A stretch of 41,684 nt of DNA from a virus (taxonomy: Duplodnaviria; Caudoviricetes): IMG/VR virus record IMGVR_UViG_3300006428_000004, positions 1 to 41,684 of that record, one strand, 5' to 3'. Shown here one piece after another: positions 17,668-26,371 of the stretch. Numbering within the stretch: position 1 is the first letter of the stretch; every line of letters begins with the position of its first letter. The translations under genes and the position numbers were made by a program. The notes under the pieces were generated by a model that was given only the letters and a program-made list of their open reading frames with translations, was not told where the DNA came from and searched no databases.

Positions 17668-17982
17668 CTACGACTGGTTCCCGTACAGCACGTTGGCCTG
17701 GTCAACCTGCTGCCCCTGGTCCACGGCGACATCCGTCAACTGCAATCGGACCGACGTCCGCTTGCCGCGCTCGTCGTCATCGACCGTGACGCTCTCGATA
17801 AAGCCTATGCCTGTTATATGGACCTTTGCCCCAGCATTGATGCCTTCAAGTCCCAGGCGTTTGACGACCTCGCCTTCCGGATTCAGGCACGTTCCCCACT
17901 CATAGCGCGGCTTTTCAATTTCCGTCGCCATAGGGTCGCCATGCCCGTCATCGCTCCGCTTCAGGTTGACAAGTTCTCCCAT
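17668..17982 (-). CDS. Capsid staple/decoration protein (epsilon15 gp10-like)
   Basis: LVNLK...Y.WG..L......RLGL...V.LQLTD pattern recalled from epsilon15 gp10; position after capsid. Confidence 0.7.
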   Translation of the reverse strand: MGELVNLKRSDDGHGDPMATEIEKPRYEWGTCLNPEGEVVKRLGLEGINAGAKVHITGIGFIESVTVDDDERGKRTSVRLQLTDVAVDQGQQVDQANVLYGNQS

Positions 17983-17994
17983 GTGGTCCCCCAA

Positions 17995-18016
17995 GGGGCC
18001 GGCGCGCGCCGGCCCC
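17995..18016. terminator. GC-rich hairpin after capsid/cement genes (weak terminator or stabiliser)
   Basis: Perfect 22-bp palindrome GGGGCCGGCGCGCGCCGGCCCC; no long U tract. Confidence 0.5.
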
Positions 18017-18035
18017 CTATCCTTATATATAGGCG

Positions 18036-18440
18036 TTAGAAGCGGCGGTTCGTCTGCTTCTCGAACACGAGCCCGGACGTGATCTTGCCGGCAGTCATGG
18101 CGGCCGAGCAGGTGTAATACAGGCGGGCGTAGCGCTTGCCGGCAGCAGCGACCATTCCCGGGATGCGGAGTTCGTACCCCTGGGCCAGGTTGTCCTTATC
18201 AATGCCGGCCGACATCCACAGGGTTTCCGCCGTGCCGAAGGCTTCGTCGTCGTCCACCTGCAACGCCACGGAAAGGGTGGCGTCGGCGGTGTCGGAGGCG
18301 AACGTCGTTTCCACCATGGCGAAGATTTCCAGCGGACGACCTTCCTTGTACCCGGCGCCAAGGTCGATGACGTTTTCCGAAGCGGCCGACGCGACCACGG
18401 CCTGGGCCTCGCTGAACATATTCTGCTTGTCGAGGATCAT
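18036..18440 (-). CDS. Capsid cement protein (Bbp16-like)
   Basis: MILDKQ..FS..QAV...AS.NVIDLG...RYARLYY...GKITSG. Confidence 0.82.
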   Translation of the reverse strand: MILDKQNMFSEAQAVVASAASENVIDLGAGYKEGRPLEIFAMVETTFASDTADATLSVALQVDDDEAFGTAETLWMSAGIDKDNLAQGYELRIPGMVAAAGKRYARLYYTCSAAMTAGKITSGLVFEKQTNRRF

Positions 18441-18454
18441 GTTTTTCCCCTCCG

Positions 18455-19444
18455 TTAGGCCACGGCCGTTTCGTCGTTGGTGAGGGCGTCCACCTTCTGA
18501 ACAGGCACACCGTCGAAGGCGACGACCTTCTTGCCGGCGATTTCCTCCAGAGACAGATGGACGTTATTTTTGTTGGTGATCTGCCGGCGCAGAAAGCTGC
18601 GAATGGTCCGGTTGCAATAGAAGACCGTGCGGCCCATGTTCTCGGCGGGCAGCAGCTCCAGGGCCTGCACCATGAGGTCCACGAGATCGGCACCGCTGGC
18701 GGCATTTTTGGTCAGGGTGGCGGTGTTGATGTTGGGGATGCGCACGCAATAGCGCCAGTCGCGCAGGGTCAGGCCCAGGTCCCAGGAGTAATGGGACCGA
18801 TAGCCTTCATACTTTCCGCCGTTCTCGTCTTCCAGGGTGACCTGGCCCTTGTCTTCGTGCTGGAATCCGGCTTTCGACCCCTGCGGGTACAGGCCGTGCA
18901 AGGTGTTGGGGCTCCAGGTGCACAACCAGATGGAAGCGAGGCTGGCATTCCCCCCGGCGGACAACACGTTTGCCGCCGAATCGCAGCCGGAAAGAGCGTT
19001 GTAACGGGGAGCCAGTCCCAGAAAGCGTTCCGGGTTTTTCACGGTATCCCCGTAAAACAGAGTCTCCGCCATTTTCTGGTTCATGGCCTCGATAAAGGCC
19101 CTGTCCTCGGAAAGACGGAATTCCGCCGTGTTGCCGTTCTTGTCGGCCAGCTTCTTGTCCACCTCGGCGTAGCCTTCGAGCATGCCGCAGGTGTCTTTGA
19201 CCTGGGCCGTACGGGACTTGCTGGGTTGGACACCGTAGTTGAGCAGTCGCCAAGCCACGGAAGGGAGCCCGGTGCGCACGGTGGTCATGTGCCCCGACCC
19301 GTCGTTGCACTCGACCATGGTCATGTCTTCCAGGATCGGGTTCGTCTGCTTGAGCAGTTCGACGATGACATCCACCTTGCCTTTCGGGTCCAGGCGGGAT
19401 GCCACGTCGGACAGCGTGGGATTCAGATTGCCAATGGTAGCCAT
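18455..19444 (-). CDS. Major capsid protein (BPP-1/epsilon15 family)
   Basis: NPTL.DV..R.DP.GK...IVE.L.QTN.IL.DM, TTVRTGLP, GMLE.YAEVD, RDWRY.VRI.NI. Confidence 0.93.
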   Translation of the reverse strand: MATIGNLNPTLSDVASRLDPKGKVDVIVELLKQTNPILEDMTMVECNDGSGHMTTVRTGLPSVAWRLLNYGVQPSKSRTAQVKDTCGMLEGYAEVDKKLADKNGNTAEFRLSEDRAFIEAMNQKMAETLFYGDTVKNPERFLGLAPRYNALSGCDSAANVLSAGGNASLASIWLCTWSPNTLHGLYPQGSKAGFQHEDKGQVTLEDENGGKYEGYRSHYSWDLGLTLRDWRYCVRIPNINTATLTKNAASGADLVDLMVQALELLPAENMGRTVFYCNRTIRSFLRRQITNKNNVHLSLEEIAGKKVVAFDGVPVQKVDALTNDETAVA

Positions 19445-19468
19445 ATGTCACCTCATGGGTGGTTGAGG

Positions 19469-20200
19469 TTATTTCCCGTACAGGATGTCCGCCGCTGAAC
19501 GGTCCTTGCCGCCATGGTCCAGTTGTCTTCCGACGATCATGTCTTCCGACAGCGCCTTGCCGATGGTGGCGAAGGTGCGGACGATAAGCGGATGGTCACC
19601 AATGCCGGTGGCGTCGAACAGCGCGCCGAGTTCCGGCGAACCAAACGTCTTGACCGCCTTCTGGGCCAGGGAAACGTTGCCGTCGAAGTCCGTGCCCCAT
19701 TCCTGACGCAGGGCCGCAACGCCGTCTGCGCGCTGCTTGGCGTAGGCCGTGTTGATGGCCCCGAAGCGCTCGGCGTCAATGCGCACGAGTTCGGGCATGA
19801 TGGCCGCAAACTGATCCTGTGACAGCTTACCGGCCAGGGCGATGCCCTTGACCTGCGCCAGCATGCCGTCATTGACTTTGACGCCCTCGGGGGCCTCGAA
19901 GGTGTAGGCGTCGGCGGTCTCCGGCACGGCGGCTTCGGGTTTCGTTTCCTCGTCCGTCTTTCCGTTCTGTCCGGACTCGCCTTCCGGTTTCCCTTGCTGG
20001 TTCTGGCCGGCACCGGCCTTGTCGGCGTCGGCAAAGGCGGTGCTGCCAAGCACGGCACCCTGCTGCCCCTGGCCATCCGGCGCTGTGGTCTGACCGGAGT
20101 TCCCGCCGGTGCCGGCCGCGCCGGTCTGATCCGTCCCATTCCCGCCGGCCGCAGCGGCGTCACCCTGGGCGGCTCCCGTGGTCATGGTGTTATCAGCCAT
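19469..20200 (-). CDS. Capsid scaffolding protein
   Basis: Disordered acidic N-terminus, PE.Y.F..PEG, G.GDHP...R.F..IGKALSED, AADILYG; directly before capsid. Confidence 0.8.
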   Translation of the reverse strand: MADNTMTTGAAQGDAAAAGGNGTDQTGAAGTGGNSGQTTAPDGQGQQGAVLGSTAFADADKAGAGQNQQGKPEGESGQNGKTDEETKPEAAVPETADAYTFEAPEGVKVNDGMLAQVKGIALAGKLSQDQFAAIMPELVRIDAERFGAINTAYAKQRADGVAALRQEWGTDFDGNVSLAQKAVKTFGSPELGALFDATGIGDHPLIVRTFATIGKALSEDMIVGRQLDHGGKDRSAADILYGK

Positions 20201-20564
20201 TGTTATTGCCTCCATGCTGCTTGATAAATTGTCCGATCGCCTCCCGCTCCTCGCGCAACGCCGCCATGGCGTCGGCATCAACAATGGAGAGGCGCACCAT
20301 GAGCTTCACCAGCCCGGCCATGTCGTTCATGCCCATGCGGTGAACGATATGCAGGCCGACTTGCCGCTTGCCCTTCTCGAAAATGTCCCGCGAGTTCCCG
20401 AAAAACGTATCCGTCCACGGGGAACTGACGGCCAACAGGTCTTCCAACACCCGCAACCCGACTTCGCTTCCCAGAAAGACGCGCTGATAGTCGTTTTGCA
20501 GGTTCGCCAGCCGTAGCTTTTCGGACTGGTCGGCTTCTTCTTGGAGCCTTTGCGAATCAGCCAT
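20193..20564 (-). CDS. Bbp19-like head-module protein
   Basis: DY..VF....G.RVL.DL and F..GKR.VGL motifs; between portal and scaffold. Confidence 0.7.
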   Translation of the reverse strand: MADSQRLQEEADQSEKLRLANLQNDYQRVFLGSEVGLRVLEDLLAVSSPWTDTFFGNSRDIFEKGKRQVGLHIVHRMGMNDMAGLVKLMVRLSIVDADAMAALREEREAIGQFIKQHGGNNNG

Positions 20565-22293
20565 GAGTTTGTCCCCTGCCCCCGGCCCCTCCCGCCGCGC
20601 CGGCAATCGCGGTCAGGGCGTTGGGTCCGGCCGTGTCGATTTCCGAAAGCTGCTTGGCCTGGCCGATCTGTTCGGCCTGTGCCTGGGCCTGTTGCTGTTG
20701 CTGCTGCGCCTCGGCCCTGGCCTGCCGCATCGCTTCCACGTCATCCGCGCCGCGCAGCAGATTGGCCGGCGTTCCCACAAGCTCGGCATACTGGCGGGCG
20801 ATGGCGTCACCGTCGAAGTTGTCCAAAATGGTGGGGAAAAATTGCGTGAGGGGCGCGACGAACTGCACCGTTTTCTGGATGCTGCCCACCCCTGCCTGCT
20901 TCTGCGCCTGGGCCAGCAGCCCGATATACTCCGGCGTGATGTCCTGCCCCTGGAGTTCGTCCGGCGGGTTCGGGATCTGAAGCGCGCGCTCGTCCACGAT
21001 GAGCGGCCAACCTGTGGAAGGGTCGACACGTCCCAGCGGATCGCGCCCGGCCTGCCAAAGCAGGTCGAAGGTGCGATTCATGAGCGGGTCAAGGAATTCA
21101 GACTGCTGCTTTTCCACCACCGGCCCGAGCAGCAACACCTTTTCTTCGTGACGCTCCAGAACTTCCGTGGCCGTCATGCCGGGACTTTGGGCAATCATCA
21201 AAAAAAGGTCATTGAAGAAGCCCGAAAGGAGCGCTTCCCGGATTTGCTGCATCTTGGTTTCCACGGCCGTCACGTCGAAATCCACCTGATACAGCGGGCG
21301 CAGTCCCTCCGCTTTCCCCTGGGACGCTTGATCTTCATAGGAGATGCCGCCCGGCCACATGCAGATTTTCCGGCTCTTAAAGGACGGCGGGGCCACCAGC
21401 GGCGGGTTCACCGTTTTCTGGATGGCCTCCAAGCTGCTCTTGCCCATGGCCATGAGCGTTTGGATATCCGGCAGGCTGTCCATGCCCGGGGCCCAGCCGT
21501 AGACGTCGGCCCCGGCCACGTCCCAGCGCGGGGTCATGCACGGGTAGGTGCGGAAGCCTCGTTCGGACAGTAGCGTGCGCGAGGCTATTTCGATGTATGC
21601 CGAGGCGTAGGCCATTCCGGCGGCGTTGGCCTGTTCGCGCGGTTCGATGGCGTGCAGCACCTCGAACCACGTGTACGGCGCGCGCTCGAAGGCGTTTTGC
21701 ACCGTGGTCGGGCAGGCGTCCCAACCAAACTGTTTGACCATCTGCCGGGCGCTCATCCAGGTACGGCGATAGACCGTGTCGATAGCCCCGTACTGGTCAG
21801 CAGCCAGGTAGTATTCTCCGACCTCGAACAGCTTGAAGGACACGTGCTTTTGCGGATGCGATCCTTCCCATATCGCCGTTGTGCCGAAGGCGGCCACGTC
21901 GGTGTAGGAATTGTGGGCTACATCGTAAAAGTTGCTGGACGCGAAGACCTTGCGCATGCGCGTCTCGACGTATTGGAGCCAGTCCTTCACCTTGCCGTGC
22001 TTCTCCAGGTCCTCGTCATGCAGGCGCAGGCGCGACCAGGGGCGGACGGGCGAGGTCATTCCGGATTGCATGCCGGCCGCGAGACGCCGCAAGGCAAGCG
22101 TCACGGTCCCTTCCATGCGCTTGTCTTCCTTGTCGTCGCCCCGGTTCGGCCGGTCCCCGCGATCCAGGAACCGCCCTTTCCAGGGAAGAATATAGCGCGC
22201 CACGTCCTGCCAGCGGGCATCCCAGGACCGCCGCTCCTGCTGCAACTGACTGTACCTGTCCAGCCAGCCCTTGACCTTGGTTTCCCGATCCAT
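20557..22293 (-). CDS. Portal protein (head-tail connector)
   Basis: LAAGMQSGMTSP.RPW, PRW....D.YG..P, MTATEV.ER.EEK..LLGPV. Confidence 0.93.
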   Translation of the reverse strand: MDRETKVKGWLDRYSQLQQERRSWDARWQDVARYILPWKGRFLDRGDRPNRGDDKEDKRMEGTVTLALRRLAAGMQSGMTSPVRPWSRLRLHDEDLEKHGKVKDWLQYVETRMRKVFASSNFYDVAHNSYTDVAAFGTTAIWEGSHPQKHVSFKLFEVGEYYLAADQYGAIDTVYRRTWMSARQMVKQFGWDACPTTVQNAFERAPYTWFEVLHAIEPREQANAAGMAYASAYIEIASRTLLSERGFRTYPCMTPRWDVAGADVYGWAPGMDSLPDIQTLMAMGKSSLEAIQKTVNPPLVAPPSFKSRKICMWPGGISYEDQASQGKAEGLRPLYQVDFDVTAVETKMQQIREALLSGFFNDLFLMIAQSPGMTATEVLERHEEKVLLLGPVVEKQQSEFLDPLMNRTFDLLWQAGRDPLGRVDPSTGWPLIVDERALQIPNPPDELQGQDITPEYIGLLAQAQKQAGVGSIQKTVQFVAPLTQFFPTILDNFDGDAIARQYAELVGTPANLLRGADDVEAMRQARAEAQQQQQQAQAQAEQIGQAKQLSEIDTAGPNALTAIAGAAGGAGGRGQTHG

Positions 22294-22296
22294 GGT

Positions 22297-22854
22297 CTAG
22301 CCCGCGCCAAGAAGGGTTTTGCGCGTAGTGGGCGCGCTTCCGGAGAGCCCGAGCCCTCCGGTCAAAAGCGTGGAGGACCGCCCCGAAGCCACGCGCTTGC
22401 GCTTCTTTTCCGCAGCCGCCGCGTCGGCGTCCGTGCTGCCGGCCATGTCCGAGTACATGGCATCCACCTTGTCCTGCCGATCCTGCTCAAGCTTCTGCTC
22501 GGCGGCCAGGCGCGCCTGTTCTTCCTCCTGCTTCCGGGCGGCCTCTTCCTCGGCAAGTCGCTGGGCCTCCAGTTCGGATTGCCTCTGCCGCTCCGCTTCC
22601 AGGGCCGCTTGCGATTGCGCGGCCGTGTCGGCCAAGGTGGACATGGCCGAGCTGTAGGCGGATTGCCCGTTGTTGTTCTGGGACGCCGATGCCCTGGCCG
22701 CCGCCGCCTGGGCTTCCTGCTGGCGCGCTGCCGACGCCGCCTGTTCCTGGGCCATGCGCTGGGCCTGGGCCTGCTGCTCGGCCTGCTGCTGTTGCTGTTG
22801 CTGCACGGCCATGATCATCATCATCATGGTCGCCGCATCTCCTCCCCCGCTCAT
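22297..22854 (-). CDS. Gln/Ala-rich virion-module protein
   Basis: Coiled-coil-like, ends GRSSTLLTGG...KTLLG; start overlaps upstream stop. Confidence 0.65.
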   Translation of the reverse strand: MSGGGDAATMMMMIMAVQQQQQQQAEQQAQAQRMAQEQAASAARQQEAQAAAARASASQNNNGQSAYSSAMSTLADTAAQSQAALEAERQRQSELEAQRLAEEEAARKQEEEQARLAAEQKLEQDRQDKVDAMYSDMAGSTDADAAAAEKKRKRVASGRSSTLLTGGLGLSGSAPTTRKTLLGAG

Positions 22855-23408
22855 TGGCCACCCCCAAGCAAACTGGTAAACATGGACGAAAGATCACCGG
22901 TCAGCAGCGAGGACCCGCCGCTTGTCGTGGACGTGGACGAAGAAGTGGATCGCCGCTTCTTGTTCCACTCCTTGAGCTTGTCGAACGCTTCGGCGTTCTT
23001 TTCATGATCGTCGTAATAAAGCTGATCCTCCGCCGTTGCATCGCTGCGCTTGACCCGTTTCTTCGTACCGCTGGAATCGGTGGCGTAGTCATAGTGCTGC
23101 GACTCGTTATAGGATGCGATGTCGTTGACGTAGTTCAGCGCATCCATAAGCGTCTGGTTGTAATCGTCCTTGCTCGGCAGGTTCGCGCGCATCGCCTGTT
23201 GGTTTGTCCCGTCGCCGGACGATTGGGCCGCCTGCTGCTGTTGCTGCTGTTGTTGCTGCCCCGATGCCCCCGCGATGGTCTCCATAATAGTCTGGTTGAT
23301 GTCGTTCACGTACGACTGACCGTAGGTGAACGGGTCGATACGCGATGCCTGACTCATGAGGATCATGGGCAGGATGGATTCCGGAGTGCTTCCGCTGCCG
23401 CCGGCCAT
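22851..23408 (-). CDS. Gln/Ser-rich protein between terminase and portal
   Basis: AAGGGGA RBS before MAGGSG; poly-Q tract; ends SSLLTG...TSLLG. Confidence 0.6.
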   Translation of the reverse strand: MAGGSGSTPESILPMILMSQASRIDPFTYGQSYVNDINQTIMETIAGASGQQQQQQQQQAAQSSGDGTNQQAMRANLPSKDDYNQTLMDALNYVNDIASYNESQHYDYATDSSGTKKRVKRSDATAEDQLYYDDHEKNAEAFDKLKEWNKKRRSTSSSTSTTSGGSSLLTGDLSSMFTSLLGGGQ

Positions 23409-23419
23409 TGTCTTTCCCC

Positions 23420-24916
23420 TTATCCGAACATTTCGTAGTCCATCTCGGCCGTGTCTGCGGCCTCGTCGGACTCTTTCATGGGATATTCCGCGCCGATGTC
23501 GAAGATGCGCGCCGCGCAATCCAGCATGTCGTCGTGGGCCGACACCGGGAAGCACAGATATTCGTCATTGACGAACACCTGTGTCAGGTCCTCGAACACC
23601 TTTTCATAGTTGCGCCGCTTGCATTCCGAAAGCAGGTAGAACCGGCCGGACTCGAAGTATGGAATCAAGCGCCGGATGCGGTCTTCCTTGGACATGGAGC
23701 CACCGACAGGCGTGATGGTGAAGCGGTAGTTCTCCCGCTCCATCACGTCCTTGATGTGCTCGATATCGGCATCCTTGCCGTATTGTTCGTACGCGGTGAG
23801 GATCGGCCGGTACCGACGGTGCAGGCGCATGAGCGCCTTGGTTCGCTCGGGCAGGTTCAGGCGGTCGCGCACCATGTCCACGACATAGACGTTTTGGTCG
23901 CTGCCCAGGCCAAGGACCATCATGCACGTGTAGTCGCTGTTCTTCTTCTTGGCGCTGGCCGGGTCGCAGAGCAGATACAGGTTCAGGCCGGAAAGGTTGT
24001 CGCCGCGCCAGTAGCGCAGCCACTCTTCCTTGAAGCCCTGTACTTCGTCGGCCTTTGGGTCTTGCAACATCTGGCACCCGAACGTGTACGGCCCCATGTC
24101 GCGGCGCTTCTTGGCCAGGGCCTCGCGCGTAAGATAGACAGGCTCTCCGGCCACGGTCCCGTCCACCGTGGCCGGATGAATGCGGGGGACGACCGAGCCC
24201 CGATCGGTCATCGTCTTGTAGGTGTCGTTGAAGTGGTAGCGTGTGCCGATGGTGCGCACGATGCCGTCAGCGGACCCGAGGTTCAGCGACAGTTCCCACG
24301 CTTCGGTCGTCTTGCGGATCATGTCCGGCGTGGTGACGGATTCGCGCGTCACCACGTCGTCATACACGAGCACCTTAAAATGCTTGCTGGTGGGCTGTCC
24401 GTCCACCAGACCCCAGGCTTCGACCGTGGCTTCCTTGGGGTTGCCAGCACGCTTGACGACTATGCCTTCATCCTCGGACCATTTCGGGGATTCCGTCTTG
24501 GGGTTCTTCCAGAAGACGTCCGGGAAAAGCAGCTTCAGAAGCTCGTTGGTTTCGAGCTCTCGCTTGATCTGGCGCAGGAACCCCTTGGCGATGGGGCGCG
24601 TATGGGAGAAAATGCCGACCGTGACTTCAGAATCGCGGCATATGTCCTGAATAGTCTTGGCAAAGGTGATGATGGTGCTTTTGTAGTGGTCTCGCGCCCA
24701 GAGATCGAGGTAGCCGTTCGGGTCAGCCTGCACTTCATTGCAACGCGCATAGTGCCAGTCTTTCCGGCAGTCCTTGCGCTTGAGCACCCGGGTCAACAGA
24801 AAGTAGAGATCGGCAAGCGCCAGTTCCCGCGCCGCCGTCTTGAAGCCTTCCGTGCCGCAGCGCCGGAAAAGCTCCTTATATTTCTGTTCCCGTTCCTGTC
24901 GTGTCATCATCGTCAT
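23420..24916 (-). CDS. Terminase large subunit
   Basis: Walker A variant RDHYKST, Walker B VYDD, nuclease CDPAS and HDDMLD. Confidence 0.92.
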   Translation of the reverse strand: MTMMTRQEREQKYKELFRRCGTEGFKTAARELALADLYFLLTRVLKRKDCRKDWHYARCNEVQADPNGYLDLWARDHYKSTIITFAKTIQDICRDSEVTVGIFSHTRPIAKGFLRQIKRELETNELLKLLFPDVFWKNPKTESPKWSEDEGIVVKRAGNPKEATVEAWGLVDGQPTSKHFKVLVYDDVVTRESVTTPDMIRKTTEAWELSLNLGSADGIVRTIGTRYHFNDTYKTMTDRGSVVPRIHPATVDGTVAGEPVYLTREALAKKRRDMGPYTFGCQMLQDPKADEVQGFKEEWLRYWRGDNLSGLNLYLLCDPASAKKKNSDYTCMMVLGLGSDQNVYVVDMVRDRLNLPERTKALMRLHRRYRPILTAYEQYGKDADIEHIKDVMERENYRFTITPVGGSMSKEDRIRRLIPYFESGRFYLLSECKRRNYEKVFEDLTQVFVNDEYLCFPVSAHDDMLDCAARIFDIGAEYPMKESDEAADTAEMDYEMFG

Positions 24917-25343
24917 CGCCGCCCGTGAGTTCCCGCAGCACTTCCATGGCCTCGGGACTCAAATCATGCGTGTGTTTCTCCTCGATCGGTCCCCCGTCCT
25001 TGCCCGTCTGTTCGAGTCTGGCCGTTTCGGTCCACCCTTCGAACCGCTTGTAGGCCAGCCGTGCCGCCACCGGGTCGCCGCCCTCGGCCCGTTTGAGAAT
25101 GGCTGAATCGATCTTGCTCAAGCGTGGCGCGTATTTCTGCCGCCGCAGTTCCAGGGCCTCGCGCTCGATTTCCTGGAGTTCTTCAGCCGTGAACATGCAG
25201 TTAAGCTGATTGGGATTCCGGTAGCCGAGCACCTTGATAGAAAGGTCCTGGCGCGACAAAAAATCGTTGTTCGGGTCCGCCAAGAATTTCAATAACTTCT
25301 GACGGGCGCGCTCCCTCGCGGAAAGTCCCTTGTCGCTAACCAT
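24876..25343 (-). CDS. Putative terminase small subunit
   Basis: Immediately upstream of TerL; C-terminal EQTGKDGGPI. Confidence 0.7.
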   Translation of the reverse strand: MVSDKGLSARERARQKLLKFLADPNNDFLSRQDLSIKVLGYRNPNQLNCMFTAEELQEIEREALELRRQKYAPRLSKIDSAILKRAEGGDPVAARLAYKRFEGWTETARLEQTGKDGGPIEEKHTHDLSPEAMEVLRELTGGDDDDDTTGTGTEI

Positions 25344-25354
25344 GGCCTAGCCGC

Positions 25355-25591
25355 TCACTGCCCGCGCCCACGCACCGCGTCGCGGATGTAGTTGACGCTG
25401 GTTTCGATATTGGCGATGCGCTCCAACCACCTGGATTGCTCGTGGTCTGATGCCTCGACGACAGCTATGCGCCTGGCCAAATCGTCTTGGCGTGCCTGGA
25501 TCGATCCGGACCAGTAGCCCAACGCCACAACATTGGTCAGAAACATCAACCCCGCCGCGATCCATGGGGCCAGCCCACGGTATTTGCACAT
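25355..25591 (-). CDS. Single-TM coiled-coil protein of the lysis module
   Basis: TM WIAAGLMFLTNVVALGYW then heptad-like region; GGAGG RBS before MCKY. Confidence 0.55.
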   Translation of the reverse strand: MCKYRGLAPWIAAGLMFLTNVVALGYWSGSIQARQDDLARRIAVVEASDHEQSRWLERIANIETSVNYIRDAVRGRGQ

Positions 25592-25615
25592 CGCCTCCCC
25601 CACGCCGTCCCCTCC

Positions 25616-26233
25616 TTACCGCGCCACCAAAGCCTGCAACGCCATCGGCCCCAGCACGGCCACGGCCGTGGTGATGCACGACCGCGCCACGTCCCACTGG
25701 TCCTGGCTGGCGTCGGGCAGCGTCGCCGCGAAAGCATCGGCCGCCGCCTTGGCCTTGGACAAAACGGATTCAGCCGTGGCGATCTTGTCCGGATCGCCCG
25801 TGGCCTTGGCGTCCTCCAGGGCCTTTTGGAGCGCGGTCACCGAGCTTTGCAGGTAATCCACGCCGGCCTGGGCCTGGGCCGTGGTGATGCCGGAACCGGA
25901 GCCGGAGCCCGAGGACGTGGCGCAGCCGCACAGGCCGGCGGACAGGACACAAACGAGCAGCAGCGAAACGATGGACTTTTTCATGGAGCCCCCTTTGATC
26001 GGTTTCTTTGCGGCCTTGCGGCCGATGACAGCCATGATGCCGCCGATGACAGCGCCCAGCGCCGAAACGGCGAGTACAACCAGATCCGTGAGATGCGCCT
26101 GATCCTCGGGGGAAATGGTCACGCCCCAGAAGCCGGCGATACCCGCCGCTATGGCGACAATCCCTCCCCAAATCCCGCGCGAGGCCCACCACGCCTTGCC
26201 GTCCATCGCCTCAATCTCCCTGTTGCTGTTCAT
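25616..26233 (-). CDS. Holin-like 2-TM protein reading in frame into a lipoprotein (possible internal start 25984; spanin candidate)
   Basis: KAWWASRGIW + 2 TM + GRKAAKKPI, then without a stop MKKSIV...LCG/C lipobox and hydrophobic C-terminus. Confidence 0.65.
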   Translation of the reverse strand: MNSNREIEAMDGKAWWASRGIWGGIVAIAAGIAGFWGVTISPEDQAHLTDLVVLAVSALGAVIGGIMAVIGRKAAKKPIKGGSMKKSIVSLLLVCVLSAGLCGCATSSGSGSGSGITTAQAQAGVDYLQSSVTALQKALEDAKATGDPDKIATAESVLSKAKAAADAFAATLPDASQDQWDVARSCITTAVAVLGPMALQALVAR

Positions 26234-26371
26234 TTTTTCGGTTCTCCCTGTCGCACTGCCCCGGGCATTCACTTTCCCCGACCTGCGCGGCCATGCACTG
26301 CATGGGCCCGGGACCGACCAGCCGCCAGGCGCAGTCCCGGCAGTCTCCGCGCCGCTGGGCCTCGACAATGG

